DNA of 60,201 bases from an uncultured bacterium (GTDB lineage: Bacteria; JAAXHH01). Below, piece by piece: positions 26,910-35,368 of the stretch (position 1 is its first letter; every line of letters begins with the position of its first letter). Location of the stretch: NCBI GenBank assembly GCA_913051705.1, contig CAJXCW010000003.1, positions 1 to 60,201 on the forward strand, read 5' to 3'. The notes under the pieces are model-generated. The model ran no database searches and was not told the DNA's origin. It saw only the letters and a list, made by a program, of their open reading frames with translations. Both the position numbers and the translations under genes were made by a program.

Positions 26910-27815
26910 TTACAGTTGCATAACCGGATTCGACAACGTACCGATTTCCGGACACGAAATGACAACGATATCGCCATCCATAAGAGATAATTCATTCGGG
27001 ACCATGATGCCGGTGCCGGTAGAAACGAGGGTGCCGGGCGGAATCGGATTATCCCGATAAAGATACTCATTTAATTCTTCAAACGTACGAGCCAGTTGTG
27101 AGGTGTTGGTCTGACCTTCAAAGATCGTTGTTTCGCCCCGAATGATCTGACAGCTGATGTCAAGATTATAGGGATCATCAATTGAATCTGCCGTCACCAA
27201 TGTCGGGCCAAAAGAACAACAGCCGAAGTAGATTTTCGACTGGTTCAAATACAGCGGATTTTCTTTTTCGAGATCCCACGCGGAAACATCGTTACAGAGC
27301 GTATACCCTATGATTTCCCCCTCCTCGCCCAACACATAGGCCAATTCCGGTTCGGTGGCGGTCAGTGTCGAATCGCTTCGGACGCCGATGGGGGCATTAG
27401 GGCCGGAGCATCGTGAGGGCGTGGCTTTGAAAAAAGCCTCCGGACGAGGTGAAGTATAGACCTGATCGTAGATGGTATTCTGCGCATCCTCATCTCGAAT
27501 CTGAGCGCTGCGTTTGTAGGTGACGCCGAATCCCCAAACTTCCGGAGCAAATATGGGCAGCGTCAAATGCGGGACCGCGATATCCGGGACGGTATCCAGG
27601 ATATCGTAGGCGTACTCCGTCACCGCTTCATCCTGGTCGTTCATCATTCTATCGACCAATTCGGATATCGACATACGGACGGTACCGGCGATCTGGATCA
27701 GATCATTAACCGTCTCTATATCCGGATTATTCTCGGACAGATCCAGGATGGTGTCCCCTTGAACAACGCCCACCCCGGTACCCTGACCGGGCTGGTAAAA
27801 TTGGACCAATTTCAT
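26910..27815 (-). CDS. Fumarylacetoacetate hydrolase (FAH)-family hydratase/decarboxylase
   Basis: C-terminal FAH signature ...PPGTLVSTGTGIMV...GDIVVISCPEIGTLSNPV. Start placed at MKLVQF, with an AGGAG SD. Confidence 0.7.
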   Translation of the reverse strand: MKLVQFYQPGQGTGVGVVQGDTILDLSENNPDIETVNDLIQIAGTVRMSISELVDRMMNDQDEAVTEYAYDILDTVPDIAVPHLTLPIFAPEVWGFGVTYKRSAQIRDEDAQNTIYDQVYTSPRPEAFFKATPSRCSGPNAPIGVRSDSTLTATEPELAYVLGEEGEIIGYTLCNDVSAWDLEKENPLYLNQSKIYFGCCSFGPTLVTADSIDDPYNLDISCQIIRGETTIFEGQTNTSQLARTFEELNEYLYRDNPIPPGTLVSTGTGIMVPNELSLMDGDIVVISCPEIGTLSNPVMQL

Positions 27816-28093
27816 AATAGCGACTCCTGGGAAACAGGCAAAAAGCAAAGCGAGCGAAGCGGGAGTATGTTCCATACTTTCGCATGAGCAGAGCAAATGC
27901 CATTACAACTTGTGAATGATGGCCTATTATTGATTTTCAACGGGGCAAATTTACTGCTCATAATTACAATCTATTAACATCAGATAGCAAGATATTTGTT
28001 CTTTAGTTCTTTGTTCCTCGAAATTGAGATCCCGTTTTTGTAAACAAAGTTACGAAAGTACAAAAAACAAAGCAACTTGATACAAATTTTCTA

Positions 28094-28122
28094 TTGACAT
28101 CACAGGCTAAACCTGATATTTA
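28094..28122 (+). promoter_or_regulatory. Candidate sigma70-type promoter for tRNA-Phe (TTGACA-17 nt-TATTTA)
   Basis: TTGACA at 28094-28099, a 17-nt spacer, and TATTTA at 28117-28122, about 26 nt before the tRNA 5' end. Confidence 0.35.
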
Positions 28123-28148
28123 TAGTCTTCTGTCAGCTTAAAAAATCT

Positions 28149-28221
28149 GCCGAGGTAGCTCAGGCGGTAGAGCAGTGGACTGAAAATCCATGTGTCGACA
28201 GTTCGACTCTGTCCCTCGGCA
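28149..28221 (+). tRNA. tRNA-Phe (anticodon GAA), 73 nt, CCA not encoded
   Basis: Cloverleaf folded by hand: 7-bp acceptor GCCGAGG/CCTCGGC, D-arm GCTC-AGGCGGTA-GAGC, anticodon arm GTGGA-CTGAAAA-TCCAT (anticodon GAA), 5-nt variable loop, and T-arm GACAG-TTCGACT-CTGTC. It is highly similar to bacterial tRNA-Phe. Confidence 0.9.
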
Positions 28222-28760
28222 TCTTTGAGTGCCCATTCATAACCTGTTAAGTAACAAACATGTGACAATCGTGTTGAGGTTTTGGATGGGCATTTTTATT
28301 TTATACTTGTTTTCATGATAATACTGAAAAGGACGGCTGGAAAAATCGATTGAACAAGACATAAAAATAGGGTGCGCATTTCTGCACACCCCATCTAACA
28401 TCAATTAGAGCACCGGGGACTCAATTTCTTTATCGGGATCATCTTTTCCAGGGACAGACCCGATGAAGAACAGCCATAGACAGGATTCAGTCTTCAGGAC
28501 TTCCCTATCCTCATGGGGAACCCCGGCTCTTTTTATTTTTAGCATCAAACGCAATTAGTATAAATAATCTTGGACCGATTGTCAATTGTTTTTTGGTCGG
28601 TCTCTTTAGCATATGATTCAGTTGGACAAGCGTATGAGGACCACAGTTCAACAAGTGCCCATAACGCCTATTGCGAACGTCCCGCTATACTGTCCTCTGG
28701 TGCTGGCCTACGTTGAGGATTTAGAGGGTAATTTTCGAGAATACCACCGTCCGAGGCGTT

Positions 28761-29502
28761 TTGCATCGGGAATACCGGCCTGTTCAGGCAGTGAACCATA
28801 TATCATTTCAGCTTGATCAGGGTGAACTGGTGGGGTATATCGGGCCCAACGGCGCCGGGAAATCTTCTACCGTGAAAATCCTGTCCGGCATTCTGGTCCC
28901 TGATTCCGGTCGGTGTGAGATCGAAGGACGTGTGCCGTGGAAAGAACGCATCGCCAACGCCGCTCGTATCGGTGTCGTATTCGGTCAACGCACCCAACTA
29001 TGGTGGGATTTAGCGGTCATTGAACCCTTTGATTTTTTTGAGAGATATATACCGGGTTCAGGAAACCGATTATATCCGCACAAAAGCGGATCTGGTCACC
29101 CTGCTGGACCTGGAACCCCTGCTGGATGTTCCCGTCCGTCAACTCAGTCTTGGTCAACGAATGCGCTGTGACCTTGCGGCCCCCCTTCTGCATGCGCCAT
29201 CGGTATTGTTCTTCGACGAACCGACCATCGGCCTGGATGCCGCATCCAAACTCGCCGTCCGAGATTTCATCAAACGCTTGAATCAGGAACGAGGGGTGAC
29301 GGTCATTCTGACCACCCACGATATGGATGACATAGAAGCGTTATGTACCCGGATGATGGTGATCGGGCACGGTCGTATCCTGTCTGATGGTAATTTAGAA
29401 GACCTGCGTGCCAGAGTGACGACAAAACGTCGCCTGATTATTGACCTGGTAGAGGAAAATCAATCCAGGGGAACGCGCCGGCTTGTGGTTCAGGGAGGGT
29501 AG
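28761..29502 (+). pseudogene. ABC transporter ATP-binding protein (ABC-2 exporter type) disrupted by a frameshift in a T7 homopolymer
   Basis: Walker A (GPNGAGKSS) is in frame 0. The signature (LSLGQRMR), Walker B (VLFFDEPTIGLD) and H-loop (TTHDM) are in frame +1. The frames switch within TTTGATTTTTTTGAGAG (29033-29039). Removing one T restores ...IEPFDFLRDIYRVQETDY.... There is a possible second lesion near 28740-28775. Confidence 0.65.
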
Positions 29503-29522
29503 GCAAATCGAGTGATTGGGTA

Positions 29523-30374
29523 GTGCGCAAGGCCTGTAGAACATCCGATTTGCAATTTGCAAATCGGAGCATGATGAACGCATTTAGACTTTACTTTCGC
29601 TACATCGATATCTCATTTCGTGGGCAGATGCAGTACCGGGCTTCGTTTGTGATGCTGACGTTCGGGCATTTCCTGGTCACCGGTATTGAGTTTATCGGGA
29701 TTCTGGTGCTGTTTGATCGATTTGGCAGTTTACAAGGGTGGACGTTGCCCGAAGTCGCCTTGTTCTACGGCCTGATTAACCTGGCTTTCTCTTTAACAGA
29801 TGCCGTATCCCGCGGGTTTGACGACATGGGGAACCGCGCCAAACAGGGAGAATTTGATCGGCTTCTCCTTCGCCCTCGAAGTACAGTGTTTTAATTGATT
29901 GGAAAAGAGCTCACGCTCAAACGCATCGGACGATTTTTCCAGGGAGCGATCGTGCTGGCCTGGGCGGTCATGAATCCGGATATCGACTGGACCTTCCTGA
30001 AGGTGCTGCTGGCCGCATTTACGGTGTTATGCGGCGCCTGCTTCTTTTTAGGACTATTCGTCATACTCGGTACGCTGACGTTCTGGATGACGGAAACGCT
30101 GGAAATCATGAGCGCCCTGACCTACGGGGGGATAGAAACGTCCAAATATCCCCTGTCCATCTATCGCGACTGGTTTAGAAAGTTCTTTGCCATGGTGGTG
30201 CCGATGGGCTGCGTAACCTATTTCCCTGTCGTGGCTATATTGGAACGAACCGATCCATTGGGTACTTCGGTCACCTTCCAGTGGTTTGCCCCGATATTCG
30301 GTCTGATCTTTTTTATTCTAACCTTACAGTTATGGCAGATCGGCGTCCGGCATTATCGGTCGGCAGGAGCCTGA
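29523..30374 (+). pseudogene. ABC-2-family transporter permease interrupted by an in-frame TAA (29892-29894)
   Basis: ...GEFDRLLLRPRSTVF*LIGKELTLKRIGRFF... Both halves are in the same frame, and multiple TM segments continue after the stop. Likely a CAA to TAA change. Confidence 0.55.
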
Positions 30375-30663
30375 GATTATTGCGGATTTCGGATTGGGGG
30401 TTCATCCAAATTAATGTATGATTGCTTGACGGTAGGGATATGGGGATGTTACATTGATAATGGCGATTGGTCTATAAACACCAATCACTAAATCATCAAC
30501 CACGAAGTGCTCGCAACGTGTCTGCAGGACACTTACCATCACCAAATCACCAAAAAGCACAGCGAGCGAAGCGCGTTCTAAATATTGCCTCGAAGAGGCG
30601 CTCCTTACTTTCGATGACGCGTAGCGGCATCAATCACCAAATCACCATTATGACGGAGCGGAC

Positions 30664-32154
30664 ATGTCAGAACAAGAGGTAATGGTAGATTCTACTAAAG
30701 CACCGCCATGTACCATTGTCATATTTGGCGCGTCGGGTGATCTGACGCGGCGTAAGCTGATTCCCGCGCTTTATAGCCTGGGGTGCGGTGACCGACTATC
30801 GAAGGCGACGCAGGTGGTCGGGGTGGCGCGGACCGATATGAGTGATGAGGCGTTTCGAGAGAATCTGCTTGCCGGCGTAGAAGCACACGGTAGACAACAA
30901 GCCTGTTTGCCCTGGGATACTTTTTCAGGTCAATTATCTTATGTATCGGGATGGTACGATGAGGCTGAAACATATGCGCGGCTAAAGCGCAAGTTAGATC
31001 AATTAGATGAAACGGCCGGTACGCAAAATAACCGATTATTCTACCTGTCTACGCCGCCTGCATTATATCCGATTATCATAGAGCAGCTCGGTCAGGCCGG
31101 ATTAAATGAAAGTGCGTCCGGCTGGACGCGTATTATTGTAGAAAAACCGTTCGGACGTGATCTGGCTTCGAGTAATCTGCTTGATGAACAGATTCATGCG
31201 GTATTTCGTGAACGGCAGGTCTATCGCATCGACCATTACCTTGGAAAAGAAACCGTCCAGAACCTGTTGACCTTTCGATTTGCCAATACCATTTTTGAAT
31301 TGATGTGGAACCGCAATTATGTTGATCACGTCCAGATTTCGATGACAGAAAGCGTGGGCGTGGAACATCGGGCCGGGTATTATGATCAAGCCGGTGTCGT
31401 GCGGGATATGTTTCAGAACCACCTGCTGCAGTTACTGACCCTGGTGGCTATGGAGCCGCCGGTGGCTTTTAATTCCAAAGAAGTGCGGGATGAAAAAGTC
31501 AAGGTGTTACAGACCATACGTCCGCCGGAACCATCGGAAGGTGTCTGGGGACAATATATTGGATACCGCCAGGAAGAGAACATCGTCAAAAATTCCGAGA
31601 CGCCCACCTACATGGCTCTGAAACTCTATATAGACAACTGGCGATGGAAAGGGGTACCGTTCTACGTTCGCACGGGTAAAAGCCTGGCAAAAAAGACCAC
31701 GGAAGTCACCCTGCAATTTAAACAAGTGCCCCATTTGTTGTTCCTGGACAATGAAGATGTCACCGCCAACCGTCTTTCGCTGTTTATTCAGCCCAATGAG
31801 GGGATGCACCTCAATTTCGAGACTAAAATTCCGGGCGTCGGCATGCGCACCAAATCCGCCAGTATGGAATTCGACTACGAAGATCTGTTTGGCACTGATG
31901 TGCTGCCGGATGCGTATGAACGGTTGTTGCTCGATGCCATTCAGGGCGACTCTTCTCTCTTTGCGCGCAGTGATGAGATCGAAAGAGCCTGGGAACTGGT
32001 TGATCCGATCCTGAGGGCCTGGGAGCAAGGCCGGGCGCCGTCTCTGGCCTTTTACTATCCAGGGACCTGGGGGCCGTCCGAAGCCGACCGTATGATCCAT
32101 GATGATCAACGATTATGGCTGACCCATTGTGAAGATCAGGGGAAGGGGGGGTGA
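30664..32154 (+). CDS. zwf: Glucose-6-phosphate 1-dehydrogenase
   Basis: IVIFGASGDLTRRKLIPALYSL, the DHYLGKE active-site motif, and 496 aa. Confidence 0.95.
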   Translation: MSEQEVMVDSTKAPPCTIVIFGASGDLTRRKLIPALYSLGCGDRLSKATQVVGVARTDMSDEAFRENLLAGVEAHGRQQACLPWDTFSGQLSYVSGWYDEAETYARLKRKLDQLDETAGTQNNRLFYLSTPPALYPIIIEQLGQAGLNESASGWTRIIVEKPFGRDLASSNLLDEQIHAVFRERQVYRIDHYLGKETVQNLLTFRFANTIFELMWNRNYVDHVQISMTESVGVEHRAGYYDQAGVVRDMFQNHLLQLLTLVAMEPPVAFNSKEVRDEKVKVLQTIRPPEPSEGVWGQYIGYRQEENIVKNSETPTYMALKLYIDNWRWKGVPFYVRTGKSLAKKTTEVTLQFKQVPHLLFLDNEDVTANRLSLFIQPNEGMHLNFETKIPGVGMRTKSASMEFDYEDLFGTDVLPDAYERLLLDAIQGDSSLFARSDEIERAWELVDPILRAWEQGRAPSLAFYYPGTWGPSEADRMIHDDQRLWLTHCEDQGKGG

Positions 32155-32237
32155 AAGGACGAAAGGATGAAAGGGCAAAAGGATGAAAGGACGAAAGGGG
32201 GATTAGATTCTTCCTCTCTTCCTTTCTTCCTTTCGAT
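32152..32237. repeat. Purine-rich octamer tandem array (GAAAGGAYG)x6 followed by its pyrimidine complement, forming a long imperfect hairpin after zwf
   Basis: GTGAAAGGACGAAAGGATGAAAGGGCAAAAGGATGAAAGGACGAAAGGGGG ... TTCCTCTCTTCCTTTCTTCCTTTCG. Confidence 0.7.
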
Positions 32238-32269
32238 TTTGATCTCCCTTCTCGCCCCTCGCCATTCCC

Positions 32270-33013
32270 ATGCTTTCAGTACACAATATATCTAAAATAT
32301 ATGATGATCGTACCGCGCTGGATGCACTAACGCTGACAGTACAGACCGCGCGAACGACGGTATTGATCGGCCCGAGCGGGTGTGGTAAATCTACGCTTAT
32401 ACGCATCATGATCGGGCTGATTCTACCTGATACGGGCCATATCCGATTTGAAAATACAGAGGTGACGCCTGAAACAGCGTTACAGTTGAGACATCGAATG
32501 GGCTACGTTATCCAGGATGGCGGTCTATTTCCTCATCTTAACGGCTATGACAACGTCGCTCTCATGGCCCGGTACCTGGGCTGGGCAGAGGACCGGCTGG
32601 CCGTTCGTATTCATGAATTGACAGAACTCACCCGATTTCCTGAAGATGGACTGGGACGCTACCCTGTTCAGCTATCGGGTGGACAACGTCAGCGCGTCGG
32701 CCTGATGCGGGCGTTGATGCTGGACCCGGATGTCCTCTTGCTCGATGAACCCCTGGGCGCCCTCGATCCAATCATCCAGGCAGATTTGCAGGATGATCTG
32801 AGAGATATTTTCCGTACCCTGGGCAAGACGGTGGTGATGGTCACCCATGACATGGGTGAAGCTGGTTTCTTTGGAGACGAGATTGTATTGATGCAGGATG
32901 GGAAGATTATTCAGCAAGGCACGCTGCATGATCTGGTCCATGATCCTGTCGATGATTTTGTGATACGCTTCATTAACGCGCATCGAGGGCCGTTGGATGT
33001 GTTGAAGGATTGA
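32270..33013 (+). CDS. ABC transporter ATP-binding protein, osmoprotectant (glycine betaine/choline/carnitine, OpuC/OpuB-type) family, no CBS domains
   Basis: Walker A GPSGCGKST, Q-loop, signature LSGGQRQR, and Walker B LLLDEPLGALD. Confidence 0.85.
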   Translation: MLSVHNISKIYDDRTALDALTLTVQTARTTVLIGPSGCGKSTLIRIMIGLILPDTGHIRFENTEVTPETALQLRHRMGYVIQDGGLFPHLNGYDNVALMARYLGWAEDRLAVRIHELTELTRFPEDGLGRYPVQLSGGQRQRVGLMRALMLDPDVLLLDEPLGALDPIIQADLQDDLRDIFRTLGKTVVMVTHDMGEAGFFGDEIVLMQDGKIIQQGTLHDLVHDPVDDFVIRFINAHRGPLDVLKD

Positions 33014-34548
33014 TTTTGAATTATACATACTCCGTACTCCGCACTCCGCACTCCGCACTTAAAGGTCTCTGCCGTTGTCTCCTGGTATGCTGTCTATGGG
33101 TAAGCCCTGTAATCGCACAATCGGTTACCATCGGTTCCAAGAATTTCACTGAGAATGTGATTCTGGGAGAAGTGTTGAGGCATCTGGCGCAGCATGCCGG
33201 GCAAGAGGCCATACATAGACAGCAATTAGGTGGGACGCAGATTCTCTGGGAAGCCCTTCTGCGAGGGGATCTAGATGCGTATGCCGAGTATACCGGCACC
33301 CTCACCCAGGAAGTGCTGGCTGACCTTAAGCTTGAAAACAACGAGGCGTTGGAAGAGGCATTAAAAAAAAGGGGTATATTGATGTCCCGCCCTTTGGGTT
33401 TCAATAATACCTATGCACTCGGAATGAAGCCGGGTCTGGCAGATTCGTTGGCCATTATCAAAATTTCAGACCTTCGAGACCATCCGGATCTGATTTTCGC
33501 TTTCGGCAATGAATTTTTGGATCGGGGAGACGGATGGCCCACCTTACGGAACCGCTATGGTTTACCCCAGACGAATGTAAGCGGCCTCGACCATGACCTG
33601 AGTTACCGTGGGTTGGAAAGCGGTGATACTCATGTCATCGATCTCTATTCCACGGATGCGGAAATTGCATATTACAAGTTGAGGGTTCTGGAAGATGATC
33701 TGAACCATTTTCCGGTGTACAATGCGATCATTGTATATCGAAAAGACTTGATGCAACGGGCCCCTCAAACAGTCGATGCTTTTTTGCAATTGGAAGGGCG
33801 CATACCTGAGCCTGATATGGTGGCGATGAATGCACGCGCCAAGATTGATAAGATCCCGGAAGTACGGATCGCTGCCAATTTTCTGGCCTCTACGCTTGAT
33901 ATCCACATCGATGTTCAGGAAGAGACCAGATGGGATCGGCTGATGAAGCATACCGGCGCCCATCTCTATCTGGTGATTATTTCACTCTCTGCGGCCATTC
34001 TGATCGCCGTACCGCTCGGCATCGTGTCCGCCTGTCTGCCTAATTTCGGCCAGGTGGTTCTCGCTGTGGTGGGTGTTATTCAAACGATCCCTTCTCTGGC
34101 GCTTCTGGTCATGATGATTCCGGTAGTCGGCATTGGCGGTCCTCCGGCGATCCTGGCGCTTTTTTTATATAGTCTGCTGCCGATTGTACGCAATACCTAT
34201 GCCGGTCTGACCGATATTCCCGGACCACTCAAGGAATCGGCACAAGCCCTGGGTTTGCCGCCTGCCGCCCGGTTGCGACTGGTGGAATTGCCTATGGCTT
34301 CTCGGACGATCATAGCTGGTATCAAAACATCGGCCGTCATCAACGTGGGGACGGCGACCCTGGGCGCAATCATTGGGGCCGGAGGGTTCGGCCAGCCGAT
34401 ATTAACCGGCATTCGTCTTGCTGATAACGGCTTGATCCTCGAAGGCGCCATACCCGCTGCCGTCCTGGCGCTGCTGGCACAGGGTGTTTTCGAAGTGATT
34501 GAGCGGCTCTTTGTTCCGAGAGGACTGAGGTTGAAAGCACAAGGGTGA
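33010..34548 (+). CDS. Fused osmoprotectant-binding (OpuAC-like SBP) domain + ABC permease (OpuBB-like)
   Basis: Signal peptide, then an SBP domain (VTIGSKNFTENVILGEVL...). The C-terminal 6-TM permease carries the EAA-like motif (ESAQALGLPPAARLRLVELPMA). TTG start overlapping the upstream stop. An (ACTCCGY)x4 heptamer repeat lies at 33029-33056 in the 5' coding region. Confidence 0.8.
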   Translation: MILNYTYSVLRTPHSALKGLCRCLLVCCLWVSPVIAQSVTIGSKNFTENVILGEVLRHLAQHAGQEAIHRQQLGGTQILWEALLRGDLDAYAEYTGTLTQEVLADLKLENNEALEEALKKRGILMSRPLGFNNTYALGMKPGLADSLAIIKISDLRDHPDLIFAFGNEFLDRGDGWPTLRNRYGLPQTNVSGLDHDLSYRGLESGDTHVIDLYSTDAEIAYYKLRVLEDDLNHFPVYNAIIVYRKDLMQRAPQTVDAFLQLEGRIPEPDMVAMNARAKIDKIPEVRIAANFLASTLDIHIDVQEETRWDRLMKHTGAHLYLVIISLSAAILIAVPLGIVSACLPNFGQVVLAVVGVIQTIPSLALLVMMIPVVGIGGPPAILALFLYSLLPIVRNTYAGLTDIPGPLKESAQALGLPPAARLRLVELPMASRTIIAGIKTSAVINVGTATLGAIIGAGGFGQPILTGIRLADNGLILEGAIPAAVLALLAQGVFEVIERLFVPRGLRLKAQG

Positions 34549-34596
34549 CTTAAACGTAATTCATCAAGGATATTATGCATATGATGAAAGGATATC

Positions 34597-35325
34597 ATGG
34601 CTGAAGACCAGGCAGTTACACCGCCTAAAAAGAAGTCAGGGGTTCTGGTGCATGGCTGTAATCTGCATACATACCAGTGGAAACGTATCGTATGGGGAAA
34701 ACCGCCGAATGAGTTAGGGCGGGTGCCGAAAGGCATTTTTATTGCTTTGCACGAAGAAGCGGATGTGATGGTCTTCGGTACCGGTGCATCGGAAAAGGAC
34801 GGCCTGCTGGAAGCGGATGCTACGGCCCGATTGATGTGGGATAAATTCGATGATCTACAAAATTTTTCTGTCTTTGAGACCCATTTCCCCGACCTTAAAG
34901 ATCAAGCCTTCAGAGATCAATGCAGAACACGTATTGAATCGATCCTGAAAATAGAAAACACCTCTCAAAATACGGTCGATGAGGTCACCAGAGCAGGGCA
35001 TATCTTTAAAGACCATGATGTAGAACAGATTATTCTGGTGTCCAGTCCGACCCATCTTCCAAGATGTCTGCGTGATGCCTGCGTCGCTTTTGATAATGAC
35101 CGGGAATTATCCCACTTTCGATACTGGTTGTCTGCCTCACCGAGTATAACAGGGTATATGGGACGCTCCGCAGCGGATGTGGCGATTTTCGAACCACCGC
35201 ATCGTCCAGATCGCCCGCCTTTCAACATCAATGATTTTCTGAAACGCGTCAACGACATCCCCGGCTCCGGTCGCCAGGATTTCCTGCGTCGCTTCGACGA
35301 ACTGCTCCAGGATTTTGATGTCTAG
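34597..35325 (+). CDS. DUF218 (YdcF/ElyC-like) domain protein
   Basis: VLVHGCNL...HEEADVMVFGTG...QIILVSSPTHLPRCLRDACVAF matches the DUF218 pattern (...SGG...ilVTs..HmpRa...f). Confidence 0.5.
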   Translation: MAEDQAVTPPKKKSGVLVHGCNLHTYQWKRIVWGKPPNELGRVPKGIFIALHEEADVMVFGTGASEKDGLLEADATARLMWDKFDDLQNFSVFETHFPDLKDQAFRDQCRTRIESILKIENTSQNTVDEVTRAGHIFKDHDVEQIILVSSPTHLPRCLRDACVAFDNDRELSHFRYWLSASPSITGYMGRSAADVAIFEPPHRPDRPPFNINDFLKRVNDIPGSGRQDFLRRFDELLQDFDV

Positions 35326-35346
35326 CGGGCAGGTGGGCAAGTTATT

Positions 35347-35367
35347 AATCACCAATCACCAATCACC
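35347..35367. repeat. (AATCACC)x3 heptamer tandem repeat immediately upstream of a start codon
   Basis: AATCACCAATCACCAATCACC then AATG. The same heptamer family also occurs at 13368-13396, 17840-17895, 30470-30545, 30629-30650 and 47669-47695. Confidence 0.85.
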
Positions 35368-35368
35368 A

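Noticed and set aside
28222-28300. Possible intrinsic terminator after tRNA-Phe (GCCCAT...ATGGGC + TTTTTATTTT)
   Set aside because: The 6-bp arms are separated by an ~46-nt loop, which is not a convincing terminator hairpin. The T-tract alone is insufficient.
28613-28816. 67-aa ORF upstream of the ABC ATPase as an independent gene
   Set aside because: Its C-terminal part (VEDLEGNFREY) reads like the missing N-terminal beta-strand of the ABC ATPase in another frame. It is better explained as part of the disrupted ATPase gene than as a separate gene. The N-terminal part has no support.
31507-32109. 200-aa minus-strand ORF inside zwf
   Set aside because: Antisense shadow of a highly conserved gene.
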